A stretch of 64,000 bases of DNA from NCBI GenBank assembly GCA_963741955.1, contig CAVUKB010000004.1:256001-320000 (forward strand), in the 5' to 3' direction. Of the stretch, positions 1 through 10,102 are shown piece after piece. The translations under genes and the position numbers were made by a program. The DNA comes from an uncultured Acidobacteriota bacterium. GTDB taxonomy: Bacteria; Acidobacteriota; Thermoanaerobaculia; Gp7-AA8. Every line of letters begins with the position of its first letter. The first letter of the stretch is position 1. The notes below the pieces were generated by a model that worked only from the letters and a program-made list of their open reading frames with translations, searched no databases and was not told the origin of the DNA.

Positions 1-5
1 CGAAC

Positions 6-1049
6 GTGGCCGCCGACGTGGTCTCGGTGGCTCCGCGCACCGGAGGCCAGATCGTCGCGGTGCACGTGAAGGACAATCAGCGCGTGACGAGCGGGATGGT
101 CATCGCGGAGATCGACCCGCGCGACATGCAGGTGAAGCTCGATCAGGTCGAGGCGGAACTGGAGACGGCAAAGGCGCAGGCGGCCGCGGCGGACGCCCAG
201 GTGCGGGTCGCGCGAGCCGGGGCTCGCGGCGGGTTCACCGCGGCGCAGGGAGCGACGCAGAGCGCGCGTGAGGCGATCGACAGTTCGGCCCATTCCATCG
301 ACGAAGCGAAAGCTTCCGTGGCGAAGGCGGAGGCGAACGCGAGGAAAGCGAAACTCGACTTCGACCGCGCGATCGAGCTCGGGTCGAAGGGAGACATCTC
401 CAAGGCCCAGGTCGATGCAGCACGGGCGGCGAACGAATCGGCCCAGGCCGAGCTCGATCAGACCCAGGCCCGGCTCCGTTCCGCGGTCAACGCCCGCGAG
501 CTCGCGCAGGCGAACCTGACCCAGGCCAAGGGCCACCTACAGCAGAGCTCATCGGTCGGAGCGCAGGTCGATGCGGCGAACGCGGCGGCGAAACTGGCCC
601 ACGCGAGGGTCAAGTCTGCAGAAGCCTCCCTCGAAGCCGCGAAGCTCGCTCTCTCCTACACGAAAATCGTGGCGCCTGCGGACGGAATCGCGTCGGGGCT
701 GGCGGTTCATCCCGGATCGCTCGTGGTTCCGGGGCAGCCGATCGTCCATCTCGTGCCCCTGAAAACGTACATCATCGCGAACTTCAAGGAGACCCAGGTG
801 GAGGGGATGCATCCCGGCTCCAAAGCCGAGATCGACGTCGACGCCCTCGGCGGGAAGAGCTTCGAAGGGCGGGTGGAGAGCCTTTCCGGCGGCACCGGCG
901 AGAGTTTCTCGCTCCTTCCTCCCGACAACGCATCGGGGAACTTCGTGAAGGTCGTGCAGCGGATTCCGGTCAGGATCTCCTGGGATGGCCCGGCGAGCAA
1001 TGTCGTGCCGGTGGGTTCGTCCGCAGAAGTGACCGTCCGGACGAAATAG
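6..1049 (+). CDS. HlyD/EmrA-family membrane fusion protein (5' end probably outside window)
   Basis: Lipoyl half-motifs, long Ala-rich coiled coil, and the EmrA-type motif FSLLPPDNASGNFVKVVQRIPV. Confidence 0.9.
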   Translation: MAADVVSVAPRTGGQIVAVHVKDNQRVTSGMVIAEIDPRDMQVKLDQVEAELETAKAQAAAADAQVRVARAGARGGFTAAQGATQSAREAIDSSAHSIDEAKASVAKAEANARKAKLDFDRAIELGSKGDISKAQVDAARAANESAQAELDQTQARLRSAVNARELAQANLTQAKGHLQQSSSVGAQVDAANAAAKLAHARVKSAEASLEAAKLALSYTKIVAPADGIASGLAVHPGSLVVPGQPIVHLVPLKTYIIANFKETQVEGMHPGSKAEIDVDALGGKSFEGRVESLSGGTGESFSLLPPDNASGNFVKVVQRIPVRISWDGPASNVVPVGSSAEVTVRTK

Positions 1050-1110
1050 AGAATCGAGGCTCTCAGCGGGAGGAGAACGGAAGAAATACTCTTTCGGGAA
1101 TGATGATCAA

Positions 1111-1163
1111 TCGGACTTGTCCGACAGGTCCGACAGGTCCGACTTGTCTGACAGGTCCGACAG
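1111..1163. repeat. 9-bp tandem repeat GTC(C/T)GAC(AG/TT), 5 copies plus a partial
   Basis: gtccgacag gtccgacag gtccgactt gtctgacag gtccgacag at 1119-1163, between convergent genes. Confidence 0.9.
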
Positions 1164-1211
1164 TAGCTCGCCACTCCTCGGCGGAAACTCGTCGCTCGTC
1201 GCTCGAGCCTC

Positions 1212-2150
1212 TCAATAATGCCGGACGCCGCGCCTCCTCATCCGGATTCCCTTGAGTTTCTCGTCGAGGAAGTGATCGACCTGTTCCTGGACGGACGGGT
1301 CGAGAAAGCGGTCGTCCGCGTGCGCGAAATCCTGATAAAGGAGAAGCTTCGAATCGCTGCCGACCATCTGCAGCGCGTGAAACAGATCTTCGCTCTGCTG
1401 GTACGGGACGATGCAGTCTCCGGTTCCGTGGAGGATCAGGAACGGGGGGTCGTCCGGCGTCACGTACCGGATCGGGTTTGCCGCCTCCGTTTTGTCGGGA
1501 CACTCCTGAATCGCGCAGCCGATCAGGAGCGAGGGGGGAGCGAGGGGGTCGTTCGGATCGCCCGGTGAGCACGAGGGCGCCTCCTCCGCGAGCTTCAGCA
1601 GATCGGTCGGCCCGAAGTAGTCCACCACCGCCTGTACCCGGCTGGAGTAGCCCGCGTTTCCTTCTTCCGGCCCTTCCAGCTCATCGACTCCCGCCGTAGT
1701 TCCGACCAGGGCGGCCAGATGCCCCCCGGCCGAGTAGCCCATCACCGCGATCGCGTTTCCGTTCAGGTCGTACTGCGCGGCGTGCGCCCGCAGCCACCGG
1801 ATCGCGGCCTTGCAGTCTTCGATCTGCGCAGGAAAGGTCGACAACGGCGCGAGACGATAATCGATGTTTGCGATGGCGTAGCCGCGCGCGATCTCCAGGA
1901 TCGCCGTCCCTTCGTCGCGAGTCCCTTCCGTCCAGAAGCCTCCGTGGATCGACACGATCACCGGATACGGTCCTTCGGTCGCGGGGAGATAGAGGTCGAG
2001 CCTGAGGGACTCGCCGTTCACATTCGCGTACTCGACGTCGAGAAACGCGCGAGGGACGGCTTGAGCAGACGGACCTGCAGCGGACGCGGTTGAGGCGGCT
2101 GCCATCGAGACGAGCAGAGCGACGACCCGGATGAACTTCATCGATCTCAC
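1212..2150 (-). CDS. Secreted alpha/beta hydrolase (HSL-like esterase)
   Basis: Signal peptide, HGGFW oxyanion motif, GYSAGG nucleophile elbow, HGTGD; C-terminal RMRRRGVRHY. Confidence 0.9.
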   Translation of the reverse strand: MRSMKFIRVVALLVSMAAASTASAAGPSAQAVPRAFLDVEYANVNGESLRLDLYLPATEGPYPVIVSIHGGFWTEGTRDEGTAILEIARGYAIANIDYRLAPLSTFPAQIEDCKAAIRWLRAHAAQYDLNGNAIAVMGYSAGGHLAALVGTTAGVDELEGPEEGNAGYSSRVQAVVDYFGPTDLLKLAEEAPSCSPGDPNDPLAPPSLLIGCAIQECPDKTEAANPIRYVTPDDPPFLILHGTGDCIVPYQQSEDLFHALQMVGSDSKLLLYQDFAHADDRFLDPSVQEQVDHFLDEKLKGIRMRRRGVRHY

Positions 2151-2292
2151 CTTTCGTACGTAATGATCATCCTACGCCATCCAGGGCAGACGGGTGACGG
2201 GGGTCACGAAGAACGCGAAATCGGCTTCGGATGATGGACCCGGGACGCGGCTTGAACCCCGGCCCGCTTTCCCGGACAATACGCCCCGTCTG

Positions 2293-3414
2293 ATGACTGA
2301 TCCGGCGCACGCTCCACTTTCGATCACTCCCGGCGAGATTCACCGGTCGATCCAGCGTACCGTGGTGGGGCAGGACGAGGCGCTCCGCGAGATCTCCGTG
2401 GTGGTCGTCAAGTACCTCGTCGGTCACCCTGCCGGCAACATGCTGCTGATCGGCAACTCGGGTTCGGGGAAGACCACGCTGATGAAGGCGATCGAGCAGT
2501 ACCTCCGATCGCGTCCGGAGCTGGCCGACTTTTCCAACGTGATCCGGATCAACGCGAACGTTCTCGCCGAGGAGCACGAGGGGTATGGGCGTGCCGTTCT
2601 GACGCGGCTGTATCGAAACGCGAAGGAGCGCCTCGGCGAGAAGGCTTCGATCGAGGAGGTCCTCCGTCGCATCGAGCGCGGAATCGTTTTCGTCGACGAG
2701 ATCGATAAGATCCGTGCGCAGGTCGGCGGCGCGCCGAATGTGAAGGGGATCGTGGCGCAGGAAGCACTCCTGACCCTGATGGAGAACGAGCACATCGAGT
2801 TCCTCGTGCCCGGAAGCGACCGGGTGGCGAGTGTGAATTCGTCCGGGATCCTCTTCATCGTCGGGGGAGCGTTCGAGGAGCTCTACGACGACGTCTACCA
2901 TCGCGCGACCATCGGAACGGAGAGTGCGCCGCTCAAGCCGACGGTGGTCGTCTCACAGACTGGCGAGGTTCGGGAAGAGCTGGCGTTTCACCTCCGCGAT
3001 TACATCAGGTACGAAGATCTCTTCCGGTACGGGATGCACCCGCAATTCGTGTCGCGCTTCGAGTCGATCGTCGTCCTCAACGATCTGGTCGAAAAGGATC
3101 TCGCCCAGATCTTCATCGAGCCGGAGCATTCGATCTTCCGCACCTCGCGCGATTACTTCTCACGTTTCAACGTCGACCTCCAGATCACCCGGGCCGCGGT
3201 CCAGACCATCGCCTGGGAGGCGTCGAAACAGAAACGCCTTGGCGCCCGTGCGCTGAAGGAGATTTACCGGCGCGTGATTCGCAACCACGAGTTCGACCCG
3301 TGGGGCGGCACGCCGATCGCGCCGGGCGAGCCGAAGCGCGTGGTCACCATCACCGAGGAGATGGTTCACCAGGCGCTCGGTGGAAAGACGCAGGGGACCA
3401 GCAGACCGAGATGA
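2293..3414 (+). CDS. ClpX/HslU-like AAA+ ATPase without zinc-binding domain
   Basis: VVGQDEA, Walker A GNSGSGKT, Walker B IVFVDEIDK, GGAF, GARAL; ATG at 2293 chosen over upstream GTG. Confidence 0.85.
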   Translation: MTDPAHAPLSITPGEIHRSIQRTVVGQDEALREISVVVVKYLVGHPAGNMLLIGNSGSGKTTLMKAIEQYLRSRPELADFSNVIRINANVLAEEHEGYGRAVLTRLYRNAKERLGEKASIEEVLRRIERGIVFVDEIDKIRAQVGGAPNVKGIVAQEALLTLMENEHIEFLVPGSDRVASVNSSGILFIVGGAFEELYDDVYHRATIGTESAPLKPTVVVSQTGEVREELAFHLRDYIRYEDLFRYGMHPQFVSRFESIVVLNDLVEKDLAQIFIEPEHSIFRTSRDYFSRFNVDLQITRAAVQTIAWEASKQKRLGARALKEIYRRVIRNHEFDPWGGTPIAPGEPKRVVTITEEMVHQALGGKTQGTSRPR

Positions 3415-4340
3415 GCAGTCAGAAGACATTTTTCCAGAAACTCAAACGCGGCCTTTTCATGACTCACACCGAGATCATCGAAAAGGTGAAGGATTCGTTC
3501 ACCCCATCGCTCGGGATCGACCAGTCCGTGATGGATGCTCTCGAGGAGGGCCTCCTCGGCGCGGACGTAGGTGCGGAGCTGACCATGGAGGTCATAGGGT
3601 CGCTCGAGACGCGCGTGCGGGATCAGAAAATCCGGACCGTGGACGAGTTGGCGGCCGCCCTTCGCGAAGAGATTCGAGAACGAATTCCGCAGAAGACGGT
3701 CGAGCCCGTGCAGATCGGCAGGACGAGACCTTACGTGATCCTGGTGGTCGGCGTGAACGGAACCGGAAAGACCACCACCATCGCGAAGCTCGCCCAGCGC
3801 TGGAGCGCGGAAGGACACAGCGTGATCCTCGGCGCGGCCGACACGTTCCGGGCTGCGGCGATCGAGCAGCTCCAGACGTGGGCCGACCGGATCAACGTGC
3901 CGGTGGTGAAGCATCGGGCCGGATCGGATCCGGCGGCCGTCGCTCACGACGCGGTGAATGCCGGAAAGTCGCGGTACGCGGATGTGGTGATCATCGATAC
4001 TGCAGGTCGGCTGCACACGAAATCGCATCTGATGCAGGAGCTCTCCAAGATCCGCCGGGTCATTGCGAAGGAGCTGGAGGGAGCGCCCCATGAGACGCTT
4101 CTGGTTCTCGACGGAACGACCGGCCAGAACGGAATGAGCCAGGCGAAGGCGTTTCTCGAGGCCGCCGACGTCACCGGGATCGTGGTGACCAAGCTCGACG
4201 GAACCGCGAAGGGAGGGGTGATCCTCTCCATCATGCGCGAGTTCAACATCCCGGTGAAGTACGTCGGAGTGGGCGAGGCGGCCGACGATCTGATCCCGTT
4301 CGATCCGAACGACTTCATCGAAAGCCTCTTCGAAGCGTGA
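3411..4340 (+). CDS. ftsY: Signal recognition particle receptor FtsY
   Basis: [32 protein letters not shown]; ATGA overlap with the upstream gene. Confidence 0.97.
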   Translation: MSSQKTFFQKLKRGLFMTHTEIIEKVKDSFTPSLGIDQSVMDALEEGLLGADVGAELTMEVIGSLETRVRDQKIRTVDELAAALREEIRERIPQKTVEPVQIGRTRPYVILVVGVNGTGKTTTIAKLAQRWSAEGHSVILGAADTFRAAAIEQLQTWADRINVPVVKHRAGSDPAAVAHDAVNAGKSRYADVVIIDTAGRLHTKSHLMQELSKIRRVIAKELEGAPHETLLVLDGTTGQNGMSQAKAFLEAADVTGIVVTKLDGTAKGGVILSIMREFNIPVKYVGVGEAADDLIPFDPNDFIESLFEA

Positions 4341-4422
4341 CGCCCGCCGGCGCCGGCGGGGAAGATCGCCCGCCGTCCAACCTGTTCCATTGTTTTTGTT
4401 CGACGCGCAGGGGAAAGTGCAT

Positions 4423-6120
4423 ATGACGACGACCGAAGAGACCACCCGGACCGAGCGGCCGAAGGACTTCATCCGCGACATCATCGAAGAGGATCTCCGG
4501 AGCGGGAAGCACCAGAAGATCGTGACGCGATTTCCTCCCGAGCCGAACGGGTACCTCCACATCGGCCACGCGAAGTCGATCGCCTTCAATTTCGGGGTCG
4601 CCGACGAGTATGGCGGGCGCTGTCATCTGCGAATGGACGACACGAACCCGGTGAAGGAAGAAGAGGAGTACCAGAAGGCGATCGAGTACGACATACACTG
4701 GCTCGGTTACGACTGGGGGGCACACCTTTACCACGCGTCGGACTACTTCGAACAGCTCTGCGAGTATGCGGAGATCCTGATCCGTCAGGGGAAGGCGTAC
4801 GTCGACGATCTTTCCGCGGAGGAGATCCGGCAGTATCGCGGGACGCTCACCGAAGCGGGAAAGGAGAGCCCGCACCGGAATCGTTCGGTGGAGGAGAATC
4901 TGGACCTCTTCCGGCGGATGCGGGCCGGCGAGTTCGCCGACGGAGAGAAGGTGCTGAGGGCGAAGATCGACATGGCGTCGCCGAACATGAACATGCGCGA
5001 TCCGGCGCTTTACCGGATTCGCCATGCCACGCACCATCGGACCGGCGACAAGTGGGTGATCTACCCGATGTACGACTTCGCGCACTCCCTATCGGATGCG
5101 ATCGAAGGCATCACCCACTCCCTCTGCACCCTGGAGTTCGAAGATCATCGTTGTCTTTACGACTGGTTCATCGAGCAGCTCCCGGTGCCGGCAACGCCGC
5201 GGCAGATCGAGTTCGCCCGCCTGAATCTGACCTATACGGTTCTCAGCAAACGAAAGCTTCTCCGCCTGGTCCAGGAGAAGCACGTGAGCGGATGGGACGA
5301 CCCGCGGATGCCGACCATCGCGGGGATGCGGCGCCGCGGCTACACGCCTGCGGCGATTCGCGATCTTTGTGAACGCGTCGGCATGGCGAAGAGCAATTCG
5401 CTGATCGATGTGGCGATGCTGGAGTTCAGCGTCCGGAACGACTTGAACGCACACGCCCTCCGCCGGATGGCAGTGCTCGATCCGATCAAAGTGGTGATCG
5501 AAAACTATCCCGAAGGGGAGGTCGAATACGTCGACGCGGTGAACAACCCCGAAGATCCCTCCGCGGGTACGCGAAAAGTGCCGTTCTCGCGAGAGCTCTA
5601 CATCGAGCGGGAAGATTTCATGGAGAACCCGCCGAACAAGTTCTACCGCCTCTCGCCCGGACGGGAGGTGCGCTTCCGTTGGGCGTACTTCATCACCTGC
5701 AATTCGGTGGTGAAGGACGACGCGGGAAACATCGCGGAGCTCCGCTGTACCTATGACCCCGCGACGCGCGGCGGCGATGCGCCGGACGGACGGAAGGTGA
5801 AGGCGACCATCCACTGGGTGTCGGCCTCGCACGCGATCGACGCCGAGGTGCGCCTGTACGACCGGCTCTTCACGAAGGAGAATCCGGACCAGACGGAAGA
5901 GGGAGAGGATTTTCTCTCCAATCTCAATCCTCATTCGCTGGAGATCGTCCGGGACGGAAAGCTCGAGCCGTCGCTGGCCGAGGCGGTTCCGGGCGACCGC
6001 TTTCAATTCGAGCGGCTGGGGTACTTCTGCGTCGACGCCGACTCGAAGAGGGGGAAGCTGGTCTTCAACCGCACCATCACGTTGAAGGACACCTGGGCGA
6101 AGGTACAGAAGCGCGGGTGA
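4423..6120 (+). CDS. glnS: Glutamine--tRNA ligase
   Basis: [43 protein letters not shown]. Confidence 0.97.
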   Translation: MTTTEETTRTERPKDFIRDIIEEDLRSGKHQKIVTRFPPEPNGYLHIGHAKSIAFNFGVADEYGGRCHLRMDDTNPVKEEEEYQKAIEYDIHWLGYDWGAHLYHASDYFEQLCEYAEILIRQGKAYVDDLSAEEIRQYRGTLTEAGKESPHRNRSVEENLDLFRRMRAGEFADGEKVLRAKIDMASPNMNMRDPALYRIRHATHHRTGDKWVIYPMYDFAHSLSDAIEGITHSLCTLEFEDHRCLYDWFIEQLPVPATPRQIEFARLNLTYTVLSKRKLLRLVQEKHVSGWDDPRMPTIAGMRRRGYTPAAIRDLCERVGMAKSNSLIDVAMLEFSVRNDLNAHALRRMAVLDPIKVVIENYPEGEVEYVDAVNNPEDPSAGTRKVPFSRELYIEREDFMENPPNKFYRLSPGREVRFRWAYFITCNSVVKDDAGNIAELRCTYDPATRGGDAPDGRKVKATIHWVSASHAIDAEVRLYDRLFTKENPDQTEEGEDFLSNLNPHSLEIVRDGKLEPSLAEAVPGDRFQFERLGYFCVDADSKRGKLVFNRTITLKDTWAKVQKRG

Positions 6121-6260
6121 AGAGGCATCTGGTATCTGGTATCTGGTATCTGGTATCTGGTATCTGGTATCTGGTATCTGGTATCTGGTATCTGGTATCG
6201 AAGATCCGAAGATCCGAAGATCCGAAGACTCGAAGACTCGAGACTGAAGAAACGAGACTG
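6121..6260 (+). repeat. (ATCTGGT)x10 followed by GAAGATCC/GAAGACTC octamers
   Basis: Ten exact heptamers at 6127-6196 after the leader AGAGGC, directly after the glnS stop. Confidence 0.95.
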
Positions 6261-6423
6261 AAGACTCGGGATTGCGATGCGGCTGTCGACCTCGCCGCGG
6301 GCCACATGCCCGGGAGTGCGGAGTTGCAGTCCGGCGCACAGTTCGTCTTTTTTCTCCCGTCCTCACCGACCTCGCCAGCCCGGCATTCCGGCTCCCCACG
6401 GCGATGCGGAGTAAGATCGTGGG

Positions 6424-7608
6424 ATGCGATCGGTCTACTTCTCCGAAGATCACGAGACATTCCGCCGTTCCGTTCGCGATCTCGTCGAGAGCGAGATCAC
6501 GCCGCATGCGGAGGAGTGGGAGGCGGCGCAGCGGATTCCGCCGGAGATCTGGAGGCGGATGGGAGAGCTCGGATTTCTCGGAATCATGATCCCCGAGAAG
6601 TGGGGAGGGAGTGGAGCGGACGTCTTCTTCGCCCTCGCTTTTCTGGAGGAGCTCCCGCGCTCGCGGATGGGAGGCTTCACGGCCGCGGTGACGGTGCAGC
6701 AGTTCATCGCCACCGGAGCGATTCTCCGCCACGGTACGGAGGAACAGAAGCGTCGGTACCTCCAGCCGTCCGCAGAGGGTGCCGCCGTCGGTTCGATCTC
6801 CATCTCGGAGCCGGACTGCGGATCCGATGTCGCGAACCTCAGGACCGGTGCGACGCGCGACGGCGACTCCTGGGTGATCGATGGCGCGAAAACGTGGATC
6901 ACCAACGGCGTATACGGCGACTTCAACGTCGTCGCCTGCCGTACCGGTCCGGAAGGTGCGGCCGGAATCAGCCTGATCGTGGTGGATCGAGATACGCCCG
7001 GGGTCAGGTCTTCGAAGATCCGCAAGATCGGCTGGCACAGCTCGGATACCGCGGAGATCACGTTCGACCACGCCCGGGTCCCCGTCGCGAACCTTCTCGG
7101 GCGCGAGAACATGGGCTTCTATTACGTGATGGAGACGTTCGCGATCGAACGGATCGCCGCCGCCGCGACGTCGGTGGGCTCTTGCGACGTCATTCTCGAG
7201 GAGACCCTCCGCTACATGGGAGAACGGCAGGCGTTCGGGAAGAGCATCGACCGTTTCCAGGCTCTGCGACACCGGATCGCGGACCTCGCATCGGAGCTCG
7301 AAGCGGCGAGGCAACTCGTCTATCACGCCGCCTGGCTCTGGTCCCGAGGAGAGCAGGCGATCCGCGAGTCGTCGATGGCGAAGCTGGTCGCGACGGAGCT
7401 GAACCGGCGAATCGCCGACGAGTGCCTCCAGTTCTTCGGCGGGTACGGGTACACCGAGGAGTATCCGATCTCGAGATTCTTCCGCGACGCGCGGGTCTCC
7501 ACCATCGTCGCAGGAACGAGCGAGATCATGAGGGAGATCATCGCGCGCGTAGTGATCGATCGGATGGCTTTTCCGCGGATCGAGGATCTGGAGGCGACGG
7601 CGGAGTAG
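6424..7608 (+). CDS. Acyl-CoA dehydrogenase
   Basis: ISEPDCGSD, GAKTWITNG, RQAFGKSI, QFFGGYGY, AGTSEIM. Confidence 0.95.
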   Translation: MRSVYFSEDHETFRRSVRDLVESEITPHAEEWEAAQRIPPEIWRRMGELGFLGIMIPEKWGGSGADVFFALAFLEELPRSRMGGFTAAVTVQQFIATGAILRHGTEEQKRRYLQPSAEGAAVGSISISEPDCGSDVANLRTGATRDGDSWVIDGAKTWITNGVYGDFNVVACRTGPEGAAGISLIVVDRDTPGVRSSKIRKIGWHSSDTAEITFDHARVPVANLLGRENMGFYYVMETFAIERIAAAATSVGSCDVILEETLRYMGERQAFGKSIDRFQALRHRIADLASELEAARQLVYHAAWLWSRGEQAIRESSMAKLVATELNRRIADECLQFFGGYGYTEEYPISRFFRDARVSTIVAGTSEIMREIIARVVIDRMAFPRIEDLEATAE

Positions 7609-7765
7609 CGTTCGAGTGACCCCGACGGTGATGGGGCGCCGCGGAGCAGCACGATTGTGAGTCGCAGTCATGGGCGGCGCGGCTTTCGCCGCAGCGGGCA
7701 CCTCGGAATCCATGCCCCCTTCGCGGATTGGCTGCCCGAGCCGGCGCCCAGACTTTCTCCGCGGC

Positions 7766-8887
7766 TCAGCGCACCTTCTCCACGATCACCCGCTGCGCGA
7801 TGAGGTTCCCGTCCGGAAGCCGGAGCGCCCGAATCCTGACTGCGCTCCCGGGGACGAGCTTCTTCGCAGCCATGCATTCGCCGGCAGCACCACGCACGCC
7901 GAGCTCACCGTCGAGGTACACGCGCGACGTGGCGCCGGTTGCATCTCTCAGCAGCAGGTATCCGGCGCCCTCGAGATTCGAGACGACCGTCCCTTCCAGC
8001 TCCTCTGCGCGATATCCGGGCGCCTTCGGCGGTTCCACGACCAGCTCCCGGCTTCCACCGTTCGCCGGTGGAACGGTCGCCGTGGCGGCAGGCGGAGCCA
8101 CCGCCTGGATGCCGGGGACGCGAACCGGCGGGGGAGGAAGCATTGCAGGAGATGCCGGAACGCCGACCGTCGCGGCGCCCTCCGGGGGAGCAATCGCAGC
8201 CATCGCCGCGCGATGGTCCATCGACATCATGCCGTCGGCGGGTTCGGTCACGTCGATGCTCTCGGCACGCAGATCGTTGCCGAGAAGCTCTTCGCCGAGG
8301 ACCCGGACCTGGTCTCCGACCCGGAGCTGACTGATTCTGTAGTCCTGACCCTCACTGCTGACCGGAGTGGTCGGTGTTCCGAAGATCGCATGGATCGTAC
8401 CCTTCGCGTCCTTCATCGCGAAGCGGCTCTGGGCGGGATTCAGTCCCTGCACCACGCCTCGTATGTCGCGGAGGAGAGTGCCATTCGCGAGCCGTCCTCC
8501 GGAGCCGAGAAACACGACCTCGGTCGCGGTGATGTCCGGCGGGTTTCCTCCTTTTCCTCGGACCCGAACCAGTTCGCCGGGGGAGAGGCGGCTGAATCCG
8601 GCCGTTCCGCGCACGATCGCCTGCGGCCCGCCGGAGAGACCGCCGAAGATGGTCGAACCGTCGATGACGTGGATGGTGAACGGTCCTGCGCCTCCGGCAG
8701 TCGGGGTGAGCTCGAACGTGAGCGTTTCGGGTTGGATCGCGGCCACCGTTCCCGTGACTTCGCCTTCCGTTCCGGCCTGCACGTCGGGACCGGTTCCCCA
8801 GATGGAAAGCCTCTGTGCCGTCGCCGGAAGTGCGATCAGCGCCACGAGAGTGGAAAGAAGAATGTCCTGACGGAAGAGAGTGGACAT
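7766..8887 (-). CDS. Secreted hypothetical protein with repeated OB-fold-like (DUF5666-like) modules
   Basis: Signal peptide; three repeats of the type GxV...L(S/R/V)xG(E/D/S)xVR(V/I)xG; Pro/Ala linker; GGAGG RBS. Confidence 0.65.
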   Translation of the reverse strand: MSTLFRQDILLSTLVALIALPATAQRLSIWGTGPDVQAGTEGEVTGTVAAIQPETLTFELTPTAGGAGPFTIHVIDGSTIFGGLSGGPQAIVRGTAGFSRLSPGELVRVRGKGGNPPDITATEVVFLGSGGRLANGTLLRDIRGVVQGLNPAQSRFAMKDAKGTIHAIFGTPTTPVSSEGQDYRISQLRVGDQVRVLGEELLGNDLRAESIDVTEPADGMMSMDHRAAMAAIAPPEGAATVGVPASPAMLPPPPVRVPGIQAVAPPAATATVPPANGGSRELVVEPPKAPGYRAEELEGTVVSNLEGAGYLLLRDATGATSRVYLDGELGVRGAAGECMAAKKLVPGSAVRIRALRLPDGNLIAQRVIVEKVR

Positions 8888-9007
8888 GCAGCACCTCCGC
8901 ACGAGCGAGGTGCTGCAAGTGGCGAACCCGCAGCCTGGGAAATCTGCGCCGGTCCAGACCGCCTGGATGTACCCCTTGTTTCGGGTTACGGTCGGAGGTT
9001 CAACGGT

Positions 9008-9307
9008 TCACTTCGCCGTCGCGGAGGAGGACGTCTCGCTCTCTTCCTGACCGGCGGAGCTCGTCGGCGAGGAGGCGGTGATCGTCGGATCCGCCACGCT
9101 GATGGTATCTCCGGCACTCTGCGTGAACTCGACCTCCCCCGAACCCGTCGCCGGCTGGGCTTCACCATTCGTGGGGGCGGTGGTTCCGGCGGCCGGCGTG
9201 GCGTGCTGGTCGGGATTGTTCACCACCGTTTTCTGTCTGCCGCATCCGGGGAGGAGGAGAGTGACCGCGACGATCAGGGCCGCACCCGTGCTCCACAGCG
9301 TTTTCAT
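9008..9307 (-). CDS. Small low-complexity lipoprotein
   Basis: AGGAGG RBS, lipobox LLPGC, Thr/Ser/Ala-rich body. Confidence 0.7.
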   Translation of the reverse strand: MKTLWSTGAALIVAVTLLLPGCGRQKTVVNNPDQHATPAAGTTAPTNGEAQPATGSGEVEFTQSAGDTISVADPTITASSPTSSAGQEESETSSSATAK

Positions 9308-9342
9308 CGGTGCCTCCTTAACTTCTGAATCGCCCTGTCCGG

Positions 9343-9358
9343 TTCAAGGTTCGCGCCA
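9343..9358 (-). promoter_or_regulatory. Possible sigma54 promoter variant
   Basis: TGGCGCGAACCTTGAA (GG-N10-GA) upstream of the lipoprotein gene. Confidence 0.4.
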
Positions 9359-9409
9359 GCGGAAGGAGGAAGCCCGGGCGCAGGCGAGAGAAGTGAGCCG
9401 CGGCTTCCC

Positions 9410-9440
9410 GGCATATCTGCCTGGGCATATCTGTTAAAAT
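9410..9440 (+). promoter_or_regulatory. Candidate ArsR operator and -10 box
   Basis: GGCATATCTG twice with a 14-bp period, then TAAAAT 6 nt before the ATG. Confidence 0.5.
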
Positions 9441-9446
9441 CCACCC

Positions 9447-9839
9447 ATGGGACGTCCCCGTTTCTCGCTCGATCGCTTGTTTGGTGCGCTCGCCGATCCG
9501 ACCCGGCTGCGTATTCTGAACCTTCTCGCCGCCGGGGAGATCTGCGTCTGCTATTTCGTCGAAGTGCTGGGGGAGCCTCAGCCGAAGATCTCGCGGCACC
9601 TCGCATATCTGCGTCGCTCGGGACTCGTCGAGACGCGTCGGGATGGGAAATGGATCCACTACGGTCTGGCGAAGGATCTCGAGGGGGGGGCGCGGAAGAT
9701 CCTGGAAGCCGTCCTCGAAGAGCTCGCTGCGAACCCGCGTATGCAGCGTGAGCGGGCGGCCCTCGCGCGCGCCTGCTGCGGGGTCCGCCTTCCGGCCGCG
9801 CTCCGCGGCGCTCCGCGACCCCAGGTACGCGAGCTGTAA
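9447..9839 (+). CDS. ArsR/SmtB-family metalloregulator
   Basis: ALADPTRLRIL, EICVC, ISRHLAYLR; C-terminal CC. Confidence 0.93.
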   Translation: MGRPRFSLDRLFGALADPTRLRILNLLAAGEICVCYFVEVLGEPQPKISRHLAYLRRSGLVETRRDGKWIHYGLAKDLEGGARKILEAVLEELAANPRMQRERAALARACCGVRLPAALRGAPRPQVREL

Positions 9840-10102
9840 AATTCATCGGTTCAGGAGTTTCGAGCTCGGAGGATGTGGCTGCGGTTTGCTCCGCTCCACG
9901 ACGCGGTTTCCGGACTCCACAAGTCTCTCAGCTGCAAATGTTTGCTCCTTTCCTTCGCCGCCCGACTCCGCCCCTCGCCACGCCAGACCCCTGACGATGT
10001 GATTCTCCGCACATCGCCCGGTGACTCTTGACGTCGACGCTCGGAGGGCGATCCCTGAAGATGCAGCGAGCGGGAAGATTACCGAGTGGAGGAGATGAAG
10101 GA

